Positions 20,401-28,845 of a stretch of 64,000 bases of DNA are shown here, piece after piece. How positions within the stretch are numbered: the stretch's first letter is position 1; every line of letters begins with the position of its first letter. The stretch is from Clostridia bacterium (GTDB lineage Bacteria > Bacillota > Clostridia > UBA1212 > UBA1255): NCBI GenBank assembly GCA_017560765.1, contig JAFZEI010000028.1, positions 66,690 to 130,689 on the forward strand, given 5' to 3'. Both the position numbers and the translations under genes were made by a program. The notes below the pieces were generated by a model. It was given only the letters and a program-made list of their open reading frames with translations. It was not told where the DNA came from and did no database searches.

Positions 20401-20736
20401 ATATTTTTCCTTTAACGCAGCAATCTTGTTAGCCGTATCTGTATGCGACTTTGCAATAAGAGCCGCTACATCCACACTAATAGGATCTCCGGAATAATAC
20501 TTGTACCCCTTGGACGCATACTTCGTCAGAACCTTGCCGTATTCCAAAAAGCTGTTATCCAAACGTTCTTCATTTGCAACGAACGGATCAAAATCCATCT
20601 CGTCATAGTTCTCATAATTGTACTGAACTGTTTCAGCATCTCTGTTGCCATAAACGACAAAGACAACTGCAGCCACAAGAACAAGTGCGACTATGACAAT
20701 CGTTAAACGAATCATCTTCTTTTTTTTCTTAGTCAT
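17419..20736 (-). CDS. Giant membrane-anchored extracellular protein: N-terminal TM anchor, two internally duplicated beta-sandwich (CBM-like) modules, and a C-terminal family-1 solute-binding-protein domain
   Basis: The 1105-aa protein starts with TM helix LTIVIVALVLVAAVVFVVY. A tandem duplication is visible (GLYSLYIEY…IDGKLPFED…NPYRFYLQKGSHKIAL versus GWYELGFRY…IDGSIPFAE…NPYLFYLEEGDHTISL). The C-terminal ~450 aa resemble an ABC SBP. Confidence 0.7.
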   Translation of the reverse strand: MTKKKKKMIRLTIVIVALVLVAAVVFVVYGNRDAETVQYNYENYDEMDFDPFVANEERLDNSFLEYGKVLTKYASKGYKYYSGDPISVDVAALIAKSHTDTANKIAALKEKYGVSGVDEKDYTAEGLKDYLTDSRLRDFLSQYKELTESEVFLLNEIEEYKNGVKYTDKSDNSEKSLSLEDIAGALYVSNEGTKLEFDITVDEAGLYSLYIEYLMLAGRDTDMLVNFTIDGKLPFEDASNMALKRMYGFYDYDYASNKDVVGNQIRPKSQEIYDWQNTVMSNPDGLYRNPYRFYLQKGSHKIALTFSKESGAVRNIKFIAPVVNPSYAEYKTQKGFSDSAIYTGTSVKKEMEVPDWTTSISVRMETDNDYYTTSNATLPSYKATLFNIFGGDRWSVGGDKVEWTFNVPETGWYELGFRYKSQFTYVSSFKEIKIDGSIPFAEMEEYCFPYADGWTAVSLLDADQNPYLFYLEEGDHTISLVNKVGPLRHSLQRIEESMDSISTLVNKIVKITASARTSSGGYTIDKNRDYDLQLYIPTIQEDIKTYIDVFNKCYEDIIYLNGGKVTSYASAVKVASELFEDFDEDLEKVAISLNDITNAQTGLSNTMVSIKEQPIAIDYMVAAPKDYDYPDARSNAWQSLYVGAVRFLNSFDNEKYENAGAREGLDTEGMPEIEVYVARGREHVDIMRNMVSEQFTPEYGIKVNINMVAGSSEGLIMPRYVAGTAPDLAISIGKGSVFEFAIRGALAPLNEVCVDEYNGIDVMTFDELWKNTDNPYGIQSYHDEAFVPFNYLGDYYAFPETQNWNALFYRTDIFDTLGVEPPETWDEVYDILPTLTNSGYDFCFNYGVGGYTPMLYQYGGDFYTPDAMQSALNTELAYDAFMEYSNLYLQYNFVYAANFYMRFKSGEMPIGIADLTFYQQLYYSAPELNGKWAMTLLPGKAHVDEETGEEFIDRSISGVASCCIIIKQDNEEKQHYAESWTFIQWWLSNAVQAEYGREVEATFGVASRWNPANKVALQSLPYSQEELDVINAQWEHLDETPGTMGDYYTSRYLVTALNQTVMQGLSGRIALEDAVKEINKEMRRKQAEFGIPKDGAIYIDRAAAK

Positions 20737-20818
20737 ACGATCAACCTTCCGTGATATTTTGGTTATTAAAAACGATAATAATTATCACTATGCCTTTTTG
20801 GGCAATCTAAACAAAAGA

Positions 20819-20847
20819 ATTATATATATTTCGTGCAACTGTGTCAA
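20819..20847 (-). promoter_or_regulatory. Consensus sigma-A promoter driving the 8-gene ABC/YIP1 operon
   Basis: On the minus strand: TTGACA(20847-20842), a 17-nt spacer, then TATAAT(20824-20819). An ~85-nt leader ends in RBS GGAAGG 8 nt before the ATG at 20736. Confidence 0.55.
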
Positions 20848-20898
20848 TAACAAAATGCCAAAAATACTTTAGTTATTTTGTGTGCAAATTGTAAATAA

Positions 20899-22353
20899 TT
20901 ATAATTCGAGGACAAGTTCTTTAAATGTATTTCCCCGCTCTTCAAAGTTTCTGAAAAGGTCGAAGCTGGTACTTGCGGGAGAAAGCAGAACGCAATCTCC
21001 TGATTTCGCATTTTCACATGCATATTTTACAGCTTCTTTATAATTATTCGGATGTAATATCTTTAAAATTTTCTCGTCAAACTTATTACAGGCTTTAACT
21101 GCTGCCTCAATTTTTTCTGCCGTAGGTCCAATCAAAATCAAAGCCTTTACTTTTTCACAAATTACAGGTCCAATATCATCATACGGTATATTTTTATCCT
21201 TACCACCTGCAATCATTACCACATTGCCGTCAAAGACTGAAAGTGTTTGTATTGTTCTGTTCGGACTGCTGTCTATTGAACTGTTGTAATATTTTACACC
21301 GTCAAGCTCTCTGACAAGCTCGCATCTATGGGAAACACCTGTAAATTCCGTTGCCACTGCCTCAACATCAGCTTGAGTAATTGTATCGGCACAAGCTGCA
21401 ATAGCCGTCAAGAGATTTTCTCCATTAAAAATCCCGGGCACTTTGAGTTCAGAACGCGCTATACTGTACTTTATTATATTATTTAAGGAAGAAACATATT
21501 TTAAATTTCCTTCATTTAAAAATCCGTAACCCTCTGCTCCTTTTGTGAATTCTGAAATTGCACTTTTATAAGCAGAAAACATACGTACCCTTTTACCCTT
21601 AGATATGCACTCTGCTGCAATACCGGCTGTAATTTCATTCTTATCATTCAGAACAATCACACCGTTTGCGCCTTGATTCTCAAGAATATTTTTCTTTGCC
21701 TCTATGTATTCATTGTAATCTTTATGAACATCAAGATGATTAGGTGTAATATTTGTAATAACAGATACATCGGGACTTTTTTTCATTGTCATAAGCTGAA
21801 AACTCGAAAGCTCCAAAACAGCAACATCCTCTGCTTTTATCTCAGGTAAAATATCTATAAGCGGTCTGCCGATATTTCCTCCAAGCCAAACTTTTGTTTC
21901 TGTACCCTTATAATGAGCAGATAGAAGTTTATATGTGAGCGTCGTTGTGGTTGTTTTGCCGTCACTTCCGGTAATTCCATAAGTTTTACACGGACAAAGC
22001 TCAAAAAAAAGCTCCATTTCAGATGTCAATAACGCTCCTTGCTCTACTGCTTTAACAAGAGAAGGAACATCAGGTCTGATAATAGGAGATTTAAAAATAA
22101 TATCATACTTCTCCGACGGAATATCATTTAAATAATCTTCTCCCGTCACAGCACTTTTTATCATGCCATTATTTTTCAGCATTTCTATATTTGCCAATAC
22201 CTGCGGACTTGCAAACTTGTCGTATGCCGTAATATTACGCGCACCGGATTCATATAAAAAACGAATTAACGGTACATTACTGATACCCAAACCCAATACG
22301 GCAATTTTTGCCGCAGCAATATTTTTTTTAAAACTTTCAAATTCATTTGTCAT
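20899..22353 (-). CDS. murD: UDP-N-acetylmuramoyl-L-alanine--D-glutamate ligase MurD
   Basis: Mur-ligase motifs GITGSDGKTTTTTL and a MurD-like N-terminal Rossmann fold (KIAVLGLGISN). Start set at the ATG (MTNEFESF) with GGAGG 9 nt upstream. The longer ORF to 22404 lacks an RBS. Confidence 0.9.
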   Translation of the reverse strand: MTNEFESFKKNIAAAKIAVLGLGISNVPLIRFLYESGARNITAYDKFASPQVLANIEMLKNNGMIKSAVTGEDYLNDIPSEKYDIIFKSPIIRPDVPSLVKAVEQGALLTSEMELFFELCPCKTYGITGSDGKTTTTTLTYKLLSAHYKGTETKVWLGGNIGRPLIDILPEIKAEDVAVLELSSFQLMTMKKSPDVSVITNITPNHLDVHKDYNEYIEAKKNILENQGANGVIVLNDKNEITAGIAAECISKGKRVRMFSAYKSAISEFTKGAEGYGFLNEGNLKYVSSLNNIIKYSIARSELKVPGIFNGENLLTAIAACADTITQADVEAVATEFTGVSHRCELVRELDGVKYYNSSIDSSPNRTIQTLSVFDGNVVMIAGGKDKNIPYDDIGPVICEKVKALILIGPTAEKIEAAVKACNKFDEKILKILHPNNYKEAVKYACENAKSGDCVLLSPASTSFDLFRNFEERGNTFKELVLEL

Positions 22354-22409
22354 GCCCAACGCCTCCGAAAAGATTATACTATTATAATTATGAAAAGTAC
22401 ACAAATTTC

Positions 22410-22438
22410 TTGACTTTTTTTCGTTGTCTGTTTATTAT
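22410..22438 (+). promoter_or_regulatory. Sigma-A promoter of the thrC-hom-ask operon
   Basis: TTGACT(22410-22415), a 17-nt spacer, then TATTAT(22433-22438). Confidence 0.5.
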
Positions 22439-22497
22439 AGCCTGTGTGTCTTTATGCACAAAGGAAAGATTTTTTCAAAATTTTGGAGTGATATAAA

Positions 22498-23991
22498 ATG
22501 ATGTATAAAAGTACAAGGGGTTATCCCGAAAAATACAGCTTTTCAGATGCTGTTCTTACCGGCATAGCACCAGACGGAGGACTGTTTGTTCCCGTAGAAT
22601 TTCCTGAATTTAATTCACAGGATATGGATAGACTTTCCAAAATGAATTACTGTCAATTAGCAAGTGAGATTTTTTCTCGATTTGCAGACGACTTCACTAA
22701 AGAAGAACTTGAAACATGCGTTAAAAATGCGTATGCTGACGGTAGCTTTCCGGAAGAGCCAACACCTCTTTCCGTTCTCAGTAATACCTTAAGTATACTT
22801 GAATTGTGGCATGGTCCTACTTCAGCTTTTAAAGATATGGCTCTTCAAATTTTACCTGAGTTTATGTCTGTTGCTATAAAGAAAAGTAAAAAACACAACA
22901 AGATTGCGATTTTAACTGCCACATCAGGTGATACCGGAAAGGCTGCTCTTGCAGGCTTTAAAGATGCAGAAAATGTAAAAATAATGGTTTTCTACCCTGC
23001 AGAAGGCGTTAGCGAAATGCAAAAAACGCAAATGATCACTCAAGAAGGTGAAAATCTTTCTGTTATTGCTGTTCGCGGCAATTTCGATGATGCACAAACA
23101 GGTGTTAAGAACATCTTTGGAGACAAGGAGTTTGCGCAGACTTTGAAAGAAAGAGGATATACGCTTTCTTCTGCAAATTCAATCAACATCGGCAGATTGC
23201 TTCCTCAAGTGGTTTACTATTATTACGCATATTTTGCACTTGTCAGAAACGGCAATCTTAAATTAGGTGACAAAATTAACTTTGCTGTACCGACAGGCAA
23301 CTTCGGTAATATTTTAGCTTGTTACTATGCCGCAAAAACAGGACTTCCTGTTAACAAAATTGTTTGTGCCACAAATGACAACAATGTGGTTTCCGATTTC
23401 CTCAATACAGGAGTTTATAATAGTAAGCGTCCTTTTATTCTTACTATTTCCCCTGCAATGGATATTTTGATTTCATCAAATTTGGAGCGCTTGCTTTATG
23501 ATGTTTCCGGAGAAAATTCCGAAGCAGTTTCAGGCATTCAGCAAGACCTCAAGGCAAACGGTGTGTATTCCGTAGACAAAGAATTGTCTGACGCAATCGG
23601 CTCGTACTTCTGGTCATCCTCATCAAATCAAACGGAATGTCGCAAAACCATCCAAAGTATCCACCGTGAGTTTAACTATCTTGTCGATCCTCATACTGCT
23701 GTGGGTATTGATGTATATGATAAATATGTTATTTCAGCAGGAGATACTACTCCGGCAGTGGCAGTTTCTACTGCAAGTCCTTTTAAGTTTAATAAAACAG
23801 TTGCAGAGTCCATTTTTGGCGAAGATTCTATTAAAGACAAAAATGAATTTGATATTCTTAAAGAACTTTCAGATAAAACTGGCTGGGAAATTCCCGTTCC
23901 GCTTCGTGACTTAGACAAAAAGCCTATTCTGCACAAGAGAATATGCAATGTTGCGGACATGAAAAACGAAGTGGATAATTTTTTGCAGTAA
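22498..23991 (+). CDS. thrC: Threonine synthase
   Basis: The 497-aa protein has the PLP-lysine motif (…FKDMALQ…) and a long-form ThrC N-terminus (STRGYPEKYSFSDAVLTGIAPDGGLFVP). Confidence 0.9.
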   Translation: MMYKSTRGYPEKYSFSDAVLTGIAPDGGLFVPVEFPEFNSQDMDRLSKMNYCQLASEIFSRFADDFTKEELETCVKNAYADGSFPEEPTPLSVLSNTLSILELWHGPTSAFKDMALQILPEFMSVAIKKSKKHNKIAILTATSGDTGKAALAGFKDAENVKIMVFYPAEGVSEMQKTQMITQEGENLSVIAVRGNFDDAQTGVKNIFGDKEFAQTLKERGYTLSSANSINIGRLLPQVVYYYYAYFALVRNGNLKLGDKINFAVPTGNFGNILACYYAAKTGLPVNKIVCATNDNNVVSDFLNTGVYNSKRPFILTISPAMDILISSNLERLLYDVSGENSEAVSGIQQDLKANGVYSVDKELSDAIGSYFWSSSSNQTECRKTIQSIHREFNYLVDPHTAVGIDVYDKYVISAGDTTPAVAVSTASPFKFNKTVAESIFGEDSIKDKNEFDILKELSDKTGWEIPVPLRDLDKKPILHKRICNVADMKNEVDNFLQ

Positions 23992-24013
23992 TATAATATT
24001 TAGGAGGATAAAA

Positions 24014-25270
24014 ATGTTTAATATAGCTATTTTGGGATGCGGCGTTGTTGGTTCAGGCGTTGCTGATATTCTTTTTGATAAACAGGCAGAATTGAGTAAA
24101 CGCTTTAATCAAGAGGTTAAGCTTTCAAAAATTCTTGACATAAAAAACATGGACGGTACGCCATACGCGCCGTATCTTGTCACAGAGCCTGCAGAAGTTT
24201 TTGACGATCCTTCAATTAAATTGGTAGTTGTGACAATAGGAGGCCTTGATTTAGCTGCTGACAGATGTTTTGCTGCTTTAAGAGCAGGTAAGCATGTTGT
24301 TACTTCAAATAAAGCTGTTGTGGCTGCTTACGGACGTGAACTTACAAAGCTTGCTTATGAGAATAATGTACGTTTTCTCTATGAAGCAAGTGTTGGCGGT
24401 GGTATTCCGATTATACGTCCTATGAATATCTGCCTTTCCGCAAATGATATTTACGAAATTCAGGGAATACTTAACGGTACAACAAACTACATGCTTACAG
24501 GCATGTATAAAGATAAAATGTCTTTTGACGATATATTAAAAGATGCTCAAGCAAAAGGTTATGCTGAGGCAGATCCTACTGCTGATGTTGACGGCTTTGA
24601 TGCCGCGCGCAAGATAGCAATTCTTTCTTCAATTGCATATAATGGTTTTGTAGATTTTGAAGATGTTAAATGCATTGGTATAAGAAATGTTATTTATGCA
24701 GATCATGAGCTTGCGGCTACAGGCGGCTTTGCTATTAAGCTTATTGCAGGCAGTAAAATTACGGAAAATGGTGTTCGCATAAGCGTTGAGCCTAAACTCG
24801 TTTCAAAAAGCAGTATGTTGGCAGCCGTTAACTCAGTTTATAATGCTGTTCTTGTAAGAGGTTCTTACACAGGAGATTCACTCTTCTACGGACAGGGCGC
24901 CGGAAAATTGGCTACAGCAAGTGCTATCCTCGGAGATATCATTGAGATACTTGAAGCACCCGAAAGACAAAATCTTCCTGCTTTTGTGGACAAAACAGCT
25001 ACTATCGTGAAAGATTCACAAGAAAAAGAACGTTTCTATGTTCGTGTTAAGGCAGAATTCAAAGAAACAGAAAGCGAAGAGCTTAAAGCGTGCATAAATT
25101 CTGTATTTGGTAAAGATGCTGTTTATCTTGGTTATGCACTTTCCGACAACTCAACAGCAGCATTTATTACTGACTACTGTTCAGAGGCGGAGCTTAACAA
25201 CAAGTGTAATGAGCTTTCAAACTGCAGCTACGTTGATGCTGTTACATACACAATGCGTGTTGCGGAATAA
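24014..25270 (+). CDS. hom: Homoserine dehydrogenase
   Basis: N-terminal NAD-binding motif ILGCGVVGSG, a homoserine-DH catalytic domain, and a C-terminal ACT domain. Confidence 0.9.
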   Translation: MFNIAILGCGVVGSGVADILFDKQAELSKRFNQEVKLSKILDIKNMDGTPYAPYLVTEPAEVFDDPSIKLVVVTIGGLDLAADRCFAALRAGKHVVTSNKAVVAAYGRELTKLAYENNVRFLYEASVGGGIPIIRPMNICLSANDIYEIQGILNGTTNYMLTGMYKDKMSFDDILKDAQAKGYAEADPTADVDGFDAARKIAILSSIAYNGFVDFEDVKCIGIRNVIYADHELAATGGFAIKLIAGSKITENGVRISVEPKLVSKSSMLAAVNSVYNAVLVRGSYTGDSLFYGQGAGKLATASAILGDIIEILEAPERQNLPAFVDKTATIVKDSQEKERFYVRVKAEFKETESEELKACINSVFGKDAVYLGYALSDNSTAAFITDYCSEAELNNKCNELSNCSYVDAVTYTMRVAE

Positions 25271-25288
25271 TTTATTCAGAGGTGTTAT

Positions 25289-26644
25289 ATGAAAGTTATA
25301 AAATTCGGTGGCAGCTCACTTGCTGACGCCAAACAAATAAAAAAAGTTTGCAGTATTGTATTGTCTGACAGACAAAGAAGAATCGTAGTTGTTTCTGCTC
25401 CCGGAAAACGTGACGGCAACGACACAAAAGTTACTGATTTGCTTATTAATCTTGCACAAACATGTCACGACGGCGGTGACAAAGAAGCAGCATTAGATGC
25501 AGTTATCGAGCGATATGCAAGTATTGCAAAGGATTTACATTTAGGCAAAGAAATAATTGACACAATCAAGAAAGATTTAACCGGCAGAATCGCAAAGATG
25601 TCTGATAATTATGGTATGTTCGAGGATTTGCTTAAGGCTGCCGGAGAAGACAACTCAGCAAAGTTAGTTGCTTGCTATTTGCAAAGCATAGGTGAAAAAG
25701 CAGAATACATTGATCCCAAAGAGGCAGGAATGATTCTTAGCAACGAATTCGGCAATGCACAAGTACTTCCCCACTCTTATGAGCTTCTTTCTAAGCTCGC
25801 GGAGCGTGATACAATTATGATTTTCCCCGGATTTTTCGGATATTCGGAAAATGGCGATGTTGTTACATTCTCTCGCGGCGGTTCAGACGTCACAGGCGGA
25901 ATTCTTGCTGCTGCTGTTAATGCAGATGTATACGAAAACTTCACAGACGTTGACTTTGTATATGCAGCAAACCCAAAACTTATTGAAAATCCGTTCCCAA
26001 TCCCACTGTTCACTTACGAAGAAATGAGAGAACTTTCTTATGCAGGTTTCAGCGTATTGCATGAAGAAGCTTTAGCTCCCGTATACAAAAAAGGTATTCC
26101 TGTTAATATTCGCAATACGAATAATCCGGATGCCCCGGGAACTTTTATCGTTCCGGACAAAACTGCTCCAAAGCCTACATTGCCTGTTGCCGGCATTGCA
26201 GCTGACACCGGCTTTATGACAATTCATGTATACAAATACATGATGAACCGTTTAATTGGTTACGGTCGCAGTTTATTATCTGTTTTAGAAGAAGAAGGCG
26301 TTTCTTTTGAACATATGCCTTCAGGAATCGACAGTATATCTCTTATTATCCGTGAGAAAAATTGTCCCCCTGAGAAATTAGAAAAAATTGTAAAAAAATA
26401 CAAAGAAGATTTGGCCGCTGACTCTGTTATAGTTGATAAAGATCAAGCAATCGTAATGCTTGTCGGTCGCGGAATGACAAAGAATGTCGGTGTATCAACA
26501 CGCGCCACAGCAGCTTTTGCCAAAGCAAAAATTAATATACGTATGATAAACCAAGGTTCATCTGAGGTTAGCATAATGTTTGGAGTTGAAGCAAAAGATG
26601 CCAAAGGCTCTGTAATTGCTTTATATAACGAGTTCTTTAATTAA
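25289..26644 (+). CDS. Aspartate kinase
   Basis: MKVIKFGGSSLADAK… amino-acid-kinase fold with C-terminal ACT domains. Co-operonic with thrC and hom. Confidence 0.9.
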   Translation: MKVIKFGGSSLADAKQIKKVCSIVLSDRQRRIVVVSAPGKRDGNDTKVTDLLINLAQTCHDGGDKEAALDAVIERYASIAKDLHLGKEIIDTIKKDLTGRIAKMSDNYGMFEDLLKAAGEDNSAKLVACYLQSIGEKAEYIDPKEAGMILSNEFGNAQVLPHSYELLSKLAERDTIMIFPGFFGYSENGDVVTFSRGGSDVTGGILAAAVNADVYENFTDVDFVYAANPKLIENPFPIPLFTYEEMRELSYAGFSVLHEEALAPVYKKGIPVNIRNTNNPDAPGTFIVPDKTAPKPTLPVAGIAADTGFMTIHVYKYMMNRLIGYGRSLLSVLEEEGVSFEHMPSGIDSISLIIREKNCPPEKLEKIVKKYKEDLAADSVIVDKDQAIVMLVGRGMTKNVGVSTRATAAFAKAKINIRMINQGSSEVSIMFGVEAKDAKGSVIALYNEFFN

Positions 26645-26660
26645 AATAATATAGTCTGAC

Positions 26661-28127
26661 TTATTTCAGCACGTCTTGTTCTGTTTGATCAGCTTCTTCT
26701 AATTTAGAAAGCTTATACATGTATCCGCAGTATATCCAGAACAGCGTGCTGAATATGCATACTTTGTACAAAATTCTTGATTCTACAAATTCTGTTGCGT
26801 ACATCATCAAACACATAATAAATGAGGATAAAAACCAAATATTAATTTTCTTATACGTTTTTGCTACATATTTAGCCGATTTTCCCGCTGTAATCACAGC
26901 AAATGAACCTAATATCAAAAATCCAACAATGCCCGAAGAAACAAGCACACAAAGATATATATTGTGCGTATTTCCAAATTTAAAGTGATAACTCCACTTC
27001 TTGTCTTTGAGATTTTCTGTAGCTCTATTTACAACATTTTCACGACCTACGCCAAATATAGGCGCCTCACAAAATTCTTTGAAGCTTGCTTGCCAAATAT
27101 CCAAACGATTCGCAAATGCAGTACTCTCAGGTGCATTAGGATCCTCAAAACGATCTAAATCAACTTTATCTATTCTCTCTTTTTGTTCTGTTTTAGCTTC
27201 TTCAACAACCTCTTCCGGTTTAGATAGTACGTATGTAGTTAAACCCGGAACGTAGGCCAAACCTTCTCTCAACACGGCTCCTACGACAAAGAAAATAAGC
27301 AAACTGACTGTCGCAGACAAAATGGCGATGCCTGCATTTTTCACCGTGAAATTTTTAAATACATACACCATGCCAAAAAATACTCCAAAAGCAGTAGCTC
27401 CCGCTAACACGTAATAACCGGCTCTTGAGCCTGTCAGCAGCAAAACAGAAAATTGGATAAAAATATTAATTATCAATGGAATTATTACTCTCTTTTTTCT
27501 TTTTGCTAAAATAAATGATATTGAAAGTAATATAGAAATAATTGTTAGGGTCGCACTTGTGTTTGGATTATATAAACCCCAAAGGCGAAACTCAAACATT
27601 CCGTAGTAGGCCTGATATATACCGTTGCCTGTTGTGTATGTGCCGGATATGGAAAAAACATACAGTATAAGAGATATTGTGCTTAATATAGAAGTAATAA
27701 CAACAATTACCGCTGAAACAATTTTTATTTCTTTTGTTATCTGCTCTTTTGTTGTGCCTTGCGGGAACAGAAAAAACAGAACAAAAAACAAGACCATAAA
27801 TGCCAACGTTTTAAAACCATTAAAAACTTGCATTTGGTTGATTAATATGGTTATAGCGTACGAAAGGGCAAAGCCTCCCAAAAAGAAAGCCGTTTTGGTA
27901 GAGCGCAAGACACCCAAAAGTTTCCCCCTTAAGAGTTCGTACCCAATTATTACAAAACCATATATCATCAATATATCAATAAAAAATTCTATCTTTTCTC
28001 TTATATACGGAATTGTTATTAACGCCGTTGTTAATAAAAATAATATTTTATAAGTGCACCTACTAAATATGTATTCATCAGCTGCTACGTATAATTTCTT
28101 CATTTGTTTGTTTATTTGATTACTCAT
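26661..28127 (-). CDS. O-antigen ligase (Wzy_C) family polytopic membrane protein
   Basis: The 488-aa protein has ≥10 TM segments and a large extracytoplasmic loop with motif RLDIWQASFKEFCEAPIFGVGREN, typical of O-antigen ligase/WaaL-like proteins. Confidence 0.55.
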   Translation of the reverse strand: MSNQINKQMKKLYVAADEYIFSRCTYKILFLLTTALITIPYIREKIEFFIDILMIYGFVIIGYELLRGKLLGVLRSTKTAFFLGGFALSYAITILINQMQVFNGFKTLAFMVLFFVLFFLFPQGTTKEQITKEIKIVSAVIVVITSILSTISLILYVFSISGTYTTGNGIYQAYYGMFEFRLWGLYNPNTSATLTIISILLSISFILAKRKKRVIIPLIINIFIQFSVLLLTGSRAGYYVLAGATAFGVFFGMVYVFKNFTVKNAGIAILSATVSLLIFFVVGAVLREGLAYVPGLTTYVLSKPEEVVEEAKTEQKERIDKVDLDRFEDPNAPESTAFANRLDIWQASFKEFCEAPIFGVGRENVVNRATENLKDKKWSYHFKFGNTHNIYLCVLVSSGIVGFLILGSFAVITAGKSAKYVAKTYKKINIWFLSSFIMCLMMYATEFVESRILYKVCIFSTLFWIYCGYMYKLSKLEEADQTEQDVLK

Positions 28128-28224
28128 TAGTTACTTCCTTCGTTAGAATACTAAGTCAGTGACAGTATATCAATAATATCAAATAAAGTCAAAACATGAA
28201 TATTTTTGACGATGCAAAGTTATA

Positions 28225-28842
28225 TCATTTCGGCTTTTTGAGAATTGTTTTTGAGAGCGGTTTGTATGTTAAAACAGTCAATACAGAAATAACAAGCCAT
28301 TTAAATAAGTTAAAAGGCAATGTTCCCAGCACGATAACGCCTTTAACATCTTTTATATATTTGCATGCTGACTGCGCCATTTTAAGAACTACATCCAGTC
28401 CGAAAAACTTTGAATATGTAGGAATTAAAAACCAATAATTAAATGCGCAGGAAAATATTGCCGTAATTACCAAGGAAACACTCAGAGAAACAACAGCACC
28501 CTTTTTGGTATGCATTTTCCTGTAAATCAATCCGGCCGGCAAAATAAAGGAAAGTCCTATAAGTGTATCGGCAATGGCACCTATTCCGGCACTGTCCGTA
28601 AATGTACCTGCCAATAAAAAGGCAATTAAATTTTTAAGCACTGTGATAATAACGCCTGCCACAGGTCCCATTGAAAAAGTGCCTATTACAACAGGGAAAT
28701 AGCTTAAATCAAATTTGTAAAAACCGGGAAAAATAGGAATCGGGAAATCAAACATCATAAGCGGCGTTGCCACAGCTGCAAGCATCGCGATTCGCGTAAC
28801 ATAGAATGTCATCTTCGATGACTGTAAAGAATTCTGGGACAT
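28225..28842 (-). CDS. ribU: ECF-transporter S component for riboflavin (RibU-like)
   Basis: Small 6-TM protein of ECF S-component architecture, directly downstream of an FMN riboswitch. Start chosen at ATG 28842 (MSQNS…), with GAGAGGAG 8 nt upstream. Confidence 0.75.
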   Translation of the reverse strand: MSQNSLQSSKMTFYVTRIAMLAAVATPLMMFDFPIPIFPGFYKFDLSYFPVVIGTFSMGPVAGVIITVLKNLIAFLLAGTFTDSAGIGAIADTLIGLSFILPAGLIYRKMHTKKGAVVSLSVSLVITAIFSCAFNYWFLIPTYSKFFGLDVVLKMAQSACKYIKDVKGVIVLGTLPFNLFKWLVISVLTVLTYKPLSKTILKKPK

Positions 28843-28845
28843 AAT

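Noticed and set aside
6034-20736. Absence of an ABC ATPase as evidence of gene loss or pseudogenisation of the transporter
   Set aside because: CUT1-family sugar importers in Firmicutes routinely use a shared, unlinked MsmX ATPase. All four permeases are intact.
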